DNA from: Nitrospirota bacterium
GTDB taxonomy: Bacteria > Nitrospirota > UBA9217
NCBI GenBank assembly: GCA_029858565.1
Contig: JAOUEV010000008.1
Span: 2,003-66,002, forward strand
DNA length: 64,000 nucleotides
Reading direction: 5' to 3'
The notes beneath the pieces are model-generated. The model had not been told where the DNA came from, made no database searches, and saw only the letters and a list, made by a program, of their open reading frames with translations. This document shows positions 10,210 through 18,648 of this stretch, one piece after another. Position 1 is the stretch's first letter. Each line of letters begins with the position of its first letter. A program made the translations under genes and the position numbers.

Positions 10210-10243
10210 ATAAGCTATTGCTTATTATAAGGCAAACCTTATA
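10210..10243. promoter_or_regulatory. Two adjacent palindromic operators of the TA promoter
   Basis: ATAAGC-tatt-GCTTAT (10210-10225) and TATAAGG-caaa-CCTTATA (10226-10243) immediately upstream of the toxin ATG. Confidence 0.65.
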
Positions 10244-10321
10244 TTCGGCCGGTTTTGCCATGCTGGGGGTCTTTCTCCGGATATCTTCGCGTCTCAGGGT
10301 CCCCGCAGATTCATCTCGACC

Positions 10322-11683
10322 CTACCCCCGCGGCACATACACCGCATACCCTCTCGGCGGAGCGGAGAACTCACCCCTTCCGTCCCCCTGGGTCTTCAGT
10401 TCCTTCGGATCGCGTGCATCGCGGCCGTTCCATGCCACCGGGGCAAAGGTCCTGTTGTTCCACTGCGTCGTGACCCATGCCTTGTTCCAGGCATCACCCC
10501 GGTTGTTCAGCACAAAGACCAGCCCCTTTTGATACCCAAAACCGTTCCGCTGCATGATGTAGAGATCGTCGTCCGCGTGGAGAACGGTCGTTCCGCCGCC
10601 TGCGTGGTCCTCATGGGCCTTGACGAGCGCCGCGATGCCGGTCGGTTCTCCCGGCCTGCCCAGTCCCCAGGCGAAATAGTCCTGCCAGAACACGCAGGGA
10701 TAACCCTCATGGGTGAGGATGAAGGCGTAGGCGAGCAGTTTGTCGTTCGTGATCCCCGGGGTGTCTCCGCCGCGGAAGTCGTGGTTGTCCACGAAGGTCA
10801 CGGCCTCGAACGGCCGGTCCGTCATGAGCACGCCGCCCACGGTCAGCCGCCGCAGGCTGAAGCCGTAGGAATCGCACAGGTCCTTCAGACGGTAGCGCAG
10901 CGGAAAATCGAAAGCGCCAACTCGGTTCGTCGCCCAGGAGTTCACGTCGTCGAGCCAGCTGTCGATGAACGCGTCGCCTGCCCAGCATTCGCCCACGCCG
11001 AAGATGTCCACGGGTTTGCCCTGCCGCGTATAGGTCCGGTCGTGGATCGCCCGGACGATCCAGCCGCCGAAGCCCTTGACGAAGTCATAGCGGAAGCCGT
11101 CGAAGCCGATCTCCTCGATCATCCACTTGGCGTGGTTCAGGATGCCGGTGGAGACGCGGGGGTTGATGTGGCAGAGGTCGGGCATGTCGCAGAAAGCGTT
11201 CGTATCGATGGCGCGGTAGGGCGAAGGATTGAAGCAGGTCCAGTCGCGGGTGAAGAGCCCGCTCATGGGCGTGAAGCGCGTCCACCACATGCGCCGCGTG
11301 ATCGGGTTGTACTCTTCCCCGTCCGCTCCGTTGTTGTGGTTCAGGACCAGGTCCGCGTAGACCTTGAAGTCCTTTGCGTGCGCCGCGCTGATCAGGGCCT
11401 TGAGCTCTTCTTCCGAACCGTACCAGGTCCGCACCTCGTCCCTGCCGTCCACCTTCCTGATTGCCTTCTGCGGGTACTTGCCCAGGTCGTAGTAGTCGTA
11501 GACGTCGTACCCCATGGACATGCCGCCCACGTTCGCGGCCTTGGAAGCCGGTGGCAGCCAGAGCGCGGTAAAGCCCGCGGCCTTGAGGCCCGGAACCTCG
11601 GCGGCCACGTGGGTCCACCAGGCGTATTCCTTTCCTTCGATCCTCGGACAGTCCCAGTAAAAAGCCTGCATGATGACGCCCAT
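10322..11683 (-). CDS. Alpha-amylase, GH13 family (no signal peptide seen)
   Basis: ADLVLNH, DGFRYDFVKG (nucleophile D), VGECW (acid/base E), FVDNHD. Confidence 0.92.
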   Translation of the reverse strand: MGVIMQAFYWDCPRIEGKEYAWWTHVAAEVPGLKAAGFTALWLPPASKAANVGGMSMGYDVYDYYDLGKYPQKAIRKVDGRDEVRTWYGSEEELKALISAAHAKDFKVYADLVLNHNNGADGEEYNPITRRMWWTRFTPMSGLFTRDWTCFNPSPYRAIDTNAFCDMPDLCHINPRVSTGILNHAKWMIEEIGFDGFRYDFVKGFGGWIVRAIHDRTYTRQGKPVDIFGVGECWAGDAFIDSWLDDVNSWATNRVGAFDFPLRYRLKDLCDSYGFSLRRLTVGGVLMTDRPFEAVTFVDNHDFRGGDTPGITNDKLLAYAFILTHEGYPCVFWQDYFAWGLGRPGEPTGIAALVKAHEDHAGGGTTVLHADDDLYIMQRNGFGYQKGLVFVLNNRGDAWNKAWVTTQWNNRTFAPVAWNGRDARDPKELKTQGDGRGEFSAPPRGYAVYVPRG

Positions 11684-11742
11684 GGGTGCCTCCGCTCAAA
11701 GAACGACGAAGCAACGTTGTTCAATCCATGCTTTCTCCCCGT

Positions 11743-12183
11743 TCACATCCTCATCCTGGTCAGCATCGGAATGGCGACGGCCGCCACGATGCCCAGCAAC
11801 CCTATGATGATCCCGATCAGCGCCGTGATCCCCGTGAATTTCCAGAACGACTTCTGATGGCTGAATGCGGCCTCCAGGTCCGCGACGCCGTACCCTTCGA
11901 GAAAGCGGCCGATGGCGGATGAATACCGGTACAGATACAGAGCCGGAATGAAATAGAAAACCGAAATAACGATATAGAACAGCCCGAGGAACGCAGTCGG
12001 TGCGCCCTTCTGGGTCTGGAGCATGCGCGCAAACACCGTGACGCCGACCCCCAGCAGCACCATGAATCCCACGGCGATGAAACCCAGGACCGCCAAGAGC
12101 TTTGTCCACGGTTTGATCGAACGCATCGATTCCACCATACCCCCGGTTACCGCAACACCGTTCTCCGCTGCTTCGTTGTTCAT
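11743..12183 (-). CDS. DUF5362-like membrane protein
   Basis: KPWTKLLAV...QKSFWKFTG pattern with three TM segments. Confidence 0.7.
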   Translation of the reverse strand: MNNEAAENGVAVTGGMVESMRSIKPWTKLLAVLGFIAVGFMVLLGVGVTVFARMLQTQKGAPTAFLGLFYIVISVFYFIPALYLYRYSSAIGRFLEGYGVADLEAAFSHQKSFWKFTGITALIGIIIGLLGIVAAVAIPMLTRMRM

Positions 12184-12376
12184 GACAATGTCCCCCTTCG
12201 CGTCAGCAGGTCTATTCACTGATACTGATAAAAGCTTTCTGTCTTCCGATCACGATGCTCTTTCAAAACGAATCTAGTACAGATAAATACAAATTGCAAG
12301 AAAGAACTGTCTCTGGCCGGTCTTTTTGGTGAAGATATTTCTACTACACTTTCGGGCAGGTAGGGCGCGGTGAAGC

Positions 12377-12493
12377 GGACAGTACAGCGACAGGAGGCAA
12401 CAAGATGGGGACGACATATGTTCGACAGAAAAGCGACAGAGGGGCGACAGACGGACGATAAATGGACGACAGAAAGGCGACAGGGTGCGACAG
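12377..12493. repeat. Helically phased array of CGACAG (reverse complement CTGTCG) at 11-bp period
   Basis: CGACA(G)-type cores at 12412, 12423, 12434, 12445, 12456 (CGATA), 12467, 12478, 12488; outlying copies at 12377 (GGACAG) and 12388. Confidence 0.85.
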
Positions 12494-12528
12494 AGAAAAC
12501 TGCGTGAGACGAACGGCAAGGACGGCTT

Positions 12529-12605
12529 GATCCCCGATGGAATCATTCGGGGATGACGGGCTAAACCACTGCCCCCTCACCCCTGCCCTCTCCCCAGAGG
12601 GTAGA
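12529..12605. repeat. REP cluster; second REP hairpin is interrupted by the mobile element
   Basis: TCCCCGA..TCGGGGATGAC hairpin, then CCCCTCACCCCTGCCCTCTCCCCAGAGGGTAGA whose missing GGG is found at 24426-24428. Confidence 0.7.
12601..12605. other. Left copy of 5-bp target-site duplication GTAGA
   Basis: Identical 5-mer at 24421-24425; bases on either side differ; joining the flanks restores CCCTCTCCCC-AGA-GGGTAGAGGG. Confidence 0.8.
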
Positions 12606-12611
12606 TATAAC

Positions 12612-12655
12612 TGCGCGTTTAGTTTTCCATTTTTTTGCACTCAGTTTGCCATTTT
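12612..12655 (+). repeat. Two tandem 22-bp putative transposase-binding sites (Mu R1/R2-like)
   Basis: TGCGCGTTTAGTTTTCCATTTT and TTTGCACTCAGTTTGCCATTTT, 16/22 identical; the first starts 6 bp inside the terminus. Confidence 0.75.
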
Positions 12656-12722
12656 ATAACCCAGAAAGCTCATTTTTTGTATGCTTAACGCCATATGACA
12701 AGTGCTTTATTCAAACTGTAGA

Positions 12723-12956
12723 TCAGGCTTCTTTCTCAAGCCCTTTAACTACCCGTGCCCGATAGTTATTGTATACGGTCTGAAAATTATCGCTGTTTTC
12801 CGTAGATGCGTAGAGGCCCCGCAACTGGTCGAGTAGCAGACTCCTATCCACGCCTGGGTGTTCTGCAAGCATACAAACAATATCGGTTAAGAGTACACCG
12901 ATCGCAGCAGTGGAATCAGCACAGGCAGTAACCGCGCTTTGTGTGTCTTTTTCCAT
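12723..12956 (-). CDS. Small hypothetical protein, last gene of the element's main operon
   Basis: CAGGAGG RBS before ATG 12956; 77 aa. Confidence 0.65.
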   Translation of the reverse strand: MEKDTQSAVTACADSTAAIGVLLTDIVCMLAEHPGVDRSLLLDQLRGLYASTENSDNFQTVYNNYRARVVKGLEKEA

Positions 12957-13011
12957 TTGTGATCCTCCTGGGAACAGCCGACTTGTCACGGTCAATAACG
13001 TGAATTAATAA

Positions 13012-15024
13012 TTATTGTCCGATTCCGAATGCACTTCTAACCGCTGGGCTTGTGTTTGCGAGTTTCAGTAATACGGTGGCAATATATCGCTCACCATCGA
13101 ACTGATGCTTGCCCACCTGCGCGTCCAGCTGAACGCCGGACTGGTTAATAACGCTTATCGAAACGTTTGGCATGTTGCCTACGTCGCCCTTGTTGATTCT
13201 GTCGAGGGCGGCCACGCCCTTGCGCGACACCACGTATTCACCGGTCTGCAGGATAGCGGGACGCTCGTCGGACGATAGCCCTCCCACATGGAACCGGGGG
13301 ATATATCCTCCGCTGTGCATGATCAGCCCGCCGGAATGTTTAAAATAAGGTCCAATAACCGGCGGTTGCCCGTACCCGGATCCTCCTACATTTGCACCTG
13401 GATCACTTATAAGTGCGCCGCCGACAGCGGTTGTTCCCGTTTTATTTTCGGCATTTTTAATACCTGTAATAGCAATCACAGATTGCTGCGCAAGAATATT
13501 TGAAATCGCGCGCGCCACGGAAAGCAAGAAACTTTTAATATATTGCCAGAAGCTCTTAAGTTTACCCGTCATTGCGTCAAAGAAAAATTCAGAGAACGCC
13601 TGTTCCATGCCGCGCGCGGTTTCCTGGGCGATATACACGCCTTCCTGGAAGCGGCTTCGAAGGCTGTCATTATACCGCTTTAAACCTTCGTCAATACCCT
13701 CTTGAAACGTGCCGTCCAACTCCCGCAGCGCCAACCTCAGGTCGGAGATTTTTCTGATGGTGTCATCGATCTCTTTTTGCTTCGCGGCCCGCTGGTTAGG
13801 ATCGTTGATCGGCTTCAGGTTCGCCTGCTGCACGCTGAGCAGCCGTTCCTCGATCCGTAGCCGCTCGCGGGCCGCATCAAGATGGGAAATATCGCGGTTT
13901 TTCTCTGCTATATCGAGGTAGGCCATCTCGCGCATGATCTCCGCTTCTCGCGCTTTCATGGCAACTTCATATTCCAATTGGGATTGTGCTCCCGTACCCC
14001 TGCCGCCTCCTGATCCGCTGAACGATGGATCGGTGCCGGTTCCGCCGCCGGAGAGCGGAGATTCCGCTTTTCCGAAGGCCGCCTTGAAGTACGTTGCGCT
14101 CAGGTTCTTCAGCTTCTCGAAGTCCGCCTTGGTCTTGGCCAGCGTCTCGTCGGAAACGATGCCGACCTTGTTCAAGGCCGTCTGCGCCAGGGTAGCCAGA
14201 CCCATGATGCCGGCGATGCCTCCGCTCATGAGCCCCATGACAATATCCACGGTCCCGAGCGCGAAACTCTTGATGCCGCTGCCGAAGCTCCAGATCGCGC
14301 TGCCGACGGTTTCCTTCAGATCGTTCCACCAGGCCTTGAGCTTCTGCATCTTTTCGGCGTTGTTGCCCTGGACATCGCCGAACTTTTCCATCTGCTTGCC
14401 CGCGTTCTCCATGGCCAGGGCATAGAGGTCCACATCGGTGATGCCCATGGACATGGCCTCGGACAGGAGCTGCACCTGTTCCTTGGAAACAAGACCGTAC
14501 TTCAGCAGCGCCCGCGGCATCTTGTTTGCGATCGCGTCAGTGATCGTCTCGTATGCCGTGCCCACGTCCTCGCCCGTGACTCGCGCGGAGATCCTCGCGG
14601 CCTCCATGATCTTCGTGAGCTGGTCGCCGTTGAGCCCCTGCATCATGCCCTTCACGGCCTTCTGCATGATGTCCGAGTCGTCCACGGTCCCGGCGGCCGC
14701 GCGCTTCATGTTTTCCAGGATCTCGTCCGCGCTCTCTCCGGACGCCTCGGCCACCTGGCGGAAAGACGCCTCGGCCTGCTCGGCCTTGGCTCCCAGCTCC
14801 ATGTACTCCAGCGCCTTGCTGATCGCGACGCCTGCGGCGGCAGCCGCGGCGGTGATGGCGATCCAGTTCTCTTTCATGGACTTCATAAAGGAGCCGGTCT
14901 GCTTGTCGGCCTTCCCGGTCTCGTCGCCGATGCCCTTGATCTGCTTCCCCAACTGGTCAAGGGTCCCCTTGGCCATGTTGTAGGCTTCGATGACGAGCTG
15001 TATTTTCTGGCGGTCGTTCGACAT
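13012..15024 (-). CDS. Phage tail tape-measure protein
   Basis: Ala/Gly-rich helical 670-aa protein; typical TMP N-terminus (IQLVIEAYN..KGTLDQL), central hydrophobic stretch, C-terminal FHVGGLSSDERPAILQTGEYV motif. Confidence 0.85.
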   Translation of the reverse strand: MSNDRQKIQLVIEAYNMAKGTLDQLGKQIKGIGDETGKADKQTGSFMKSMKENWIAITAAAAAAGVAISKALEYMELGAKAEQAEASFRQVAEASGESADEILENMKRAAAGTVDDSDIMQKAVKGMMQGLNGDQLTKIMEAARISARVTGEDVGTAYETITDAIANKMPRALLKYGLVSKEQVQLLSEAMSMGITDVDLYALAMENAGKQMEKFGDVQGNNAEKMQKLKAWWNDLKETVGSAIWSFGSGIKSFALGTVDIVMGLMSGGIAGIMGLATLAQTALNKVGIVSDETLAKTKADFEKLKNLSATYFKAAFGKAESPLSGGGTGTDPSFSGSGGGRGTGAQSQLEYEVAMKAREAEIMREMAYLDIAEKNRDISHLDAARERLRIEERLLSVQQANLKPINDPNQRAAKQKEIDDTIRKISDLRLALRELDGTFQEGIDEGLKRYNDSLRSRFQEGVYIAQETARGMEQAFSEFFFDAMTGKLKSFWQYIKSFLLSVARAISNILAQQSVIAITGIKNAENKTGTTAVGGALISDPGANVGGSGYGQPPVIGPYFKHSGGLIMHSGGYIPRFHVGGLSSDERPAILQTGEYVVSRKGVAALDRINKGDVGNMPNVSISVINQSGVQLDAQVGKHQFDGERYIATVLLKLANTSPAVRSAFGIGQ

Positions 15025-15057
15025 GGGTGTACTCCTTTCAGATAGTTCTACGTATAA

Positions 15058-15498
15058 TTAAACTCGCGAAGATGATCTGCTTTTCTGAAGGGTATATTTG
15101 AGCACGCTGTGTTGATCATCTTCGTTCATTTCTATCAAAATCTGTCTCACTTTTTCAATTAACGCTGTACCTCGAAGCATGCCTGGCATAGCTGATGGAG
15201 TCTCTATATTGTTTCGTACAAAGACATTATAGATGCCTGTCGGAGTCATTCCGTATTTTTTTGAAAGCTTCTGCAGTGTAAATTTGTTGGTATGATAATC
15301 CGCAATGATTTTGTTATCGCGTTCCTTCCTGCGCACGACAGTCAGGCACTCCAGCGTTTTCGGGAAATACACCTGTTCACCACGGAGCTCTGATCCAAGC
15401 TTCACCGTTGCACCGAGGCCGATGATTTTAGCGATCATCTGGTATGTTGGGTGAAGCTCGTTCTCCCGGATGCTAATTTGCTTTTCATCCATCAGCAC
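15058..15498 (-). CDS. Mor/C-family transcription activator (Mu middle-operon regulator-like)
   Basis: IAKIIGLGATVKL..ELRGEQVYFPK dimerisation segment and RDNKIIADY..LQKLSKKYGMT HTH. Confidence 0.8.
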   Translation of the reverse strand: MLMDEKQISIRENELHPTYQMIAKIIGLGATVKLGSELRGEQVYFPKTLECLTVVRRKERDNKIIADYHTNKFTLQKLSKKYGMTPTGIYNVFVRNNIETPSAMPGMLRGTALIEKVRQILIEMNEDDQHSVLKYTLQKSRSSSRV

Positions 15499-15516
15499 TT
15501 TACCTCCACAGTTACT

Positions 15517-16302
15517 TTAGACCGCGCAGTATTCGACACAGACGGTTTCCCGATTTTCGGTTATCAATGTAGGCTCTCCCATGAGCTCCCACCGCAGTTT
15601 TCTAAGGGCAGTAGCTTCAATTCGGGCGACACTGCTTATTGAAAGCCCAGCTTTTACACCAACTTCTTCCGGCATAAGATCACACCAGTATCTAAGAATT
15701 ATTATCTTACGTTCCCTGTCGTTAAGCTCCAGCAACGCTCTGCGAATATTATGGTTGAATGCCGATTTCTCAGCACTGCACTTGGTTTCAGCAGTTCTGA
15801 ATGAATTCCCATTTCTTCGCTTATCGAATATTTGCGGTATTATTGAACTATCCCCATCCGAAACGAACATGTCTTGCCGAGTAGCCGCGTCTTCTTTGTC
15901 GCCCAGAAGCTCATCTAACGAATTATGTTTGTTCTTATGGTAATCTTTGAGGCAGTCAATTATCTGACGGCTAATTGCTGGTTTCGCATAGGCAATAAGC
16001 CGGATCCCTCTTTCTGGATCGAACAGTTTAGCTGCTCTCATTAAACCCTGGCAACCTTCGGCAACCATGTCCATAAATGGCAATCCTGGGCGCCAATACT
16101 TCCTGACGATGAAAATAACGAACTTGATATTTGACTCTACGAGAAGTTCAGCTGCCGCTTCATCTCCGGATTGAGCCCTGCGAGCGATCCTGCTTTCATC
16201 CTCTCGTGATAATACTGGTCTTTGTTTAAGGTCTTCCCGAAGCATCCTGAGTAATTCCCAGTCTCCACCGCCATAACCGGAATTCTGTTTTTCCTCTTTC
16301 AT
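15517..16302 (-). CDS. Element-encoded sigma-70 family RNA polymerase sigma factor
   Basis: Region 1.2 (LSREDESRIARR), region 2 (LVESNIKFV, EGCQGLMRAAKLFDPERG), region 4 HTH (LNDRERKIIILRY..VARIEATALRKLR). Confidence 0.88.
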   Translation of the reverse strand: MKEEKQNSGYGGGDWELLRMLREDLKQRPVLSREDESRIARRAQSGDEAAAELLVESNIKFVIFIVRKYWRPGLPFMDMVAEGCQGLMRAAKLFDPERGIRLIAYAKPAISRQIIDCLKDYHKNKHNSLDELLGDKEDAATRQDMFVSDGDSSIIPQIFDKRRNGNSFRTAETKCSAEKSAFNHNIRRALLELNDRERKIIILRYWCDLMPEEVGVKAGLSISSVARIEATALRKLRWELMGEPTLITENRETVCVEYCAV

Positions 16303-16350
16303 GCGACCTCCCCGAGTGGTAATATCAACCAAGGAAGGATATCCCGCTCC

Positions 16351-16389
16351 AAAAGCCACGCCCTCCTGCCCAGGACGCGCGTGGCTTTT
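16351..16389 (-). terminator. Hairpin with U-tract between the 94-aa gene and the sigma gene
   Basis: AAAAGCCACGC-17 nt-GCGTGGCTTTT. Confidence 0.55.
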
Positions 16390-16673
16390 TATTTTGTCGC
16401 TGCTACGGGGATCTCTTTAAGTCCGTACGATGTTTCACGAATCAATGTTTCCAGTTCCTCGCATTTGGCGTGGGTTGCTTTTTGCAACCGACCAAGAATC
16501 GAAAATACCATTGACCATTCAATATCGATTTTGCGTCCTTCCCCGGAAGACAATGCAGTTATTTCTCCGAGCTTGATCATCGTTTCTATTTCATATAAGT
16601 GGTTTGTAATATCATTGCGCAGATGATCGAGTTTAACGTATGCGTTCTCTTTCTGTTTTGAAAGCTGATTCAT
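16389..16673 (-). CDS. Hypothetical protein (94 aa)
   Basis: GGGGG RBS-like run before ATG; co-oriented in the element operon. Confidence 0.6.
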   Translation of the reverse strand: MNQLSKQKENAYVKLDHLRNDITNHLYEIETMIKLGEITALSSGEGRKIDIEWSMVFSILGRLQKATHAKCEELETLIRETSYGLKEIPVAATK

Positions 16674-16753
16674 TGAAGCCCCCCTTGGTTAAGTTATAGC
16701 CACGCTTCCACCTGACAGCGTGGCTATTGATTTTATTATTTGCTGAACTCGTT

Positions 16754-17875
16754 CTACAGGTTGATCCCGATTGTTTGATACTTTGCTTTTATATCGTCAA
16801 CGGCTTTCTGGATCACAGCTCTGTCCTTGTACGGTCCAGAGAGAGAGCACACTGCTGCTATTTGACCATAGTTATGCTTATCCTCTAAACCTTCAAATGC
16901 TTTGAGGTTGAAGGTCGGTATTGCAAACCTGTCAGCATCGCCCCCCGTCCGCCGAATCGCAAAACCTTCAGCCCTGACTTCCTTCGACAGTCGAGCTGGA
17001 GAACCCATGATCTCATCCAAGGCCGTCAGCTCTTTGAACTTGTCGATGAGTTGAATAGAAAGCTTGATGTATTCCTGACCGACAAGTTCGGCCTGGCCCA
17101 TCAAAAACTCGTTGATGATTTCCTTCCGGCTGGACCGGAGCAGAGTCAGCTCATTCTCGGCTGCATCGAGTTTTCGCTGGAGGCCCGCGATGATTTGCTT
17201 CGCGTTGCCGGCAACCTTGTTGAATTCTTCAAGCGCTGCTTCCCGCGCCGCAATCTGCTCATCAAGCGCTTTGAGGTCTTTTCCCGTCGCAGTGCCCAGA
17301 GAGATGGCTGCAAGGATATCTTCTCTCTCTTGCAGCAGATCGTCTGCGGACTCGGGCACGGCCTGACGGGCCTTCTCGATCGTGCTTGTCTGATCCGAAA
17401 TGAGAGCCTGAAGTTCTGCGACGGTTCTTTCTGCCGCTGCAACATCCTCTTGATACTGAATAAGATCCTCGATGCCGAGTGAATGACCATAATTCGTCAG
17501 TTCTTTTTCGGCGTTCACGAGATCCTGATGTGTGCTCTGCGCGTGCTGCCGGGCATGTGCGGCCACTTCTTTGGCATCCGCAGCAGCCTTCTGAAGTTTG
17601 TCGAATTCATCTTTTTCCCAAGGGGTCATGCGCTCTACATCTTCTGCGTGGTGCCTCCCATTAAGGCGATTCACGCCTTCAATGGTGCTTTTAAATGAGT
17701 AGACCTGTCCTGTCGCCCGTGCTGCAATGTCCTCTTTGTCGTCGGCGACCTTGATAGCAGCAAGACATTTTTCTCTGAGCAACTGCGCACGACGACGAAG
17801 GTCTTCTCTCTTTGCCACCCGTTCCCTGTACGACACCTTCCCTGGGGCATCCTGTACGTCCGCTTTCTTAGCCAT
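16754..17875 (-). CDS. Coiled-coil protein of unknown function (373 aa)
   Basis: AGGAGG RBS; long Ala/Glu/Lys/Gln heptad-like runs. Confidence 0.8.
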   Translation of the reverse strand: MAKKADVQDAPGKVSYRERVAKREDLRRRAQLLREKCLAAIKVADDKEDIAARATGQVYSFKSTIEGVNRLNGRHHAEDVERMTPWEKDEFDKLQKAAADAKEVAAHARQHAQSTHQDLVNAEKELTNYGHSLGIEDLIQYQEDVAAAERTVAELQALISDQTSTIEKARQAVPESADDLLQEREDILAAISLGTATGKDLKALDEQIAAREAALEEFNKVAGNAKQIIAGLQRKLDAAENELTLLRSSRKEIINEFLMGQAELVGQEYIKLSIQLIDKFKELTALDEIMGSPARLSKEVRAEGFAIRRTGGDADRFAIPTFNLKAFEGLEDKHNYGQIAAVCSLSGPYKDRAVIQKAVDDIKAKYQTIGINL

Positions 17876-17968
17876 GTGCTTTCCTCCTATCGTTAATTTG
17901 ATGGTTCGTAAATTCTCACGAATGCTTTAGTGAGGGATTTCCTCGATGTCATCCGTGGAGTTATTTAT

Positions 17969-18178
17969 TTATCGCTTCGGCGATACCGATGCGATGTTTC
18001 GTACAATTTCATCAAGTTCGCTCTGTTCTTCTTTCGACACTTGTGCAGCAAATTCATTGGTATGTTCGCCTTCTGACAGATCAATAAAAAACACAGAGCC
18101 AGGGGACATGGGGACAAAGCGACATCCCGATATCTGGCGAAGTTTTTGTTGAAATTTATGATCGTCTATGCGTATCAT
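17969..18178 (-). CDS. Small hypothetical protein
   Basis: GGAG RBS before ATG 18178; 69 aa. Confidence 0.55.
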   Translation of the reverse strand: MIRIDDHKFQQKLRQISGCRFVPMSPGSVFFIDLSEGEHTNEFAAQVSKEEQSELDEIVRNIASVSPKR

Positions 18179-18230
18179 ATTTTCTCCACGAGGCTGCTGA
18201 TTATTCCCTAACGAGTTTTCTATCGAGCCT

Positions 18231-18599
18231 TTAGAGGGCAAATATATGTTTTGCCGCTCTCGTCAGTGCCAAAAGACGATCCCCAACAGTCGTATCCCTA
18301 CCGAACAGGATGAGATCGCGACGTTTGTCCTCCGGCACCATTTTCGAAGCACCTATTTTCCGAGCTTCCGAGTAGTAGAGCCGATGGCACGAACCGGATC
18401 CAAAACCACAGAAATCCTTCTGCCTCCCGGAAAGAGGCTTTCCACAGCGGCGGCAATGCCTCCCATTTGCCGCTTTATTAGCTGTGCGCAGCTCGCTGGG
18501 GGCCTCAGGGGGAGCAATATGGGGCATGGGGCTACCCTGGCACCCAAAACGCACATTTTCCTCCGTCGTATTCACCCCAGCACTGTCTAAACGTTGCAT
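18231..18599 (-). CDS. Hypothetical protein with putative Zn-finger
   Basis: GAGG RBS; CRRC-GKPL-x5-FC-x5-C motif common in phage early proteins. Confidence 0.6.
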   Translation of the reverse strand: MQRLDSAGVNTTEENVRFGCQGSPMPHIAPPEAPSELRTANKAANGRHCRRCGKPLSGRQKDFCGFGSGSCHRLYYSEARKIGASKMVPEDKRRDLILFGRDTTVGDRLLALTRAAKHIFAL

Positions 18600-18648
18600 T
18601 CCATGTTCCTCTCTACCTATCCGTCTGTAGCCCATCAACAACAGCCGT

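Noticed and set aside
12377-12493. CGACAG array as a CRISPR array
   Set aside because: 6-bp cores with 5-bp spacers are far too short, and there are no cas genes in the window
12274-12640. ORFs 12274-12546 and 12344-12640
   Set aside because: No RBS or recognisable domain; they are translations of the repeat array and REPs
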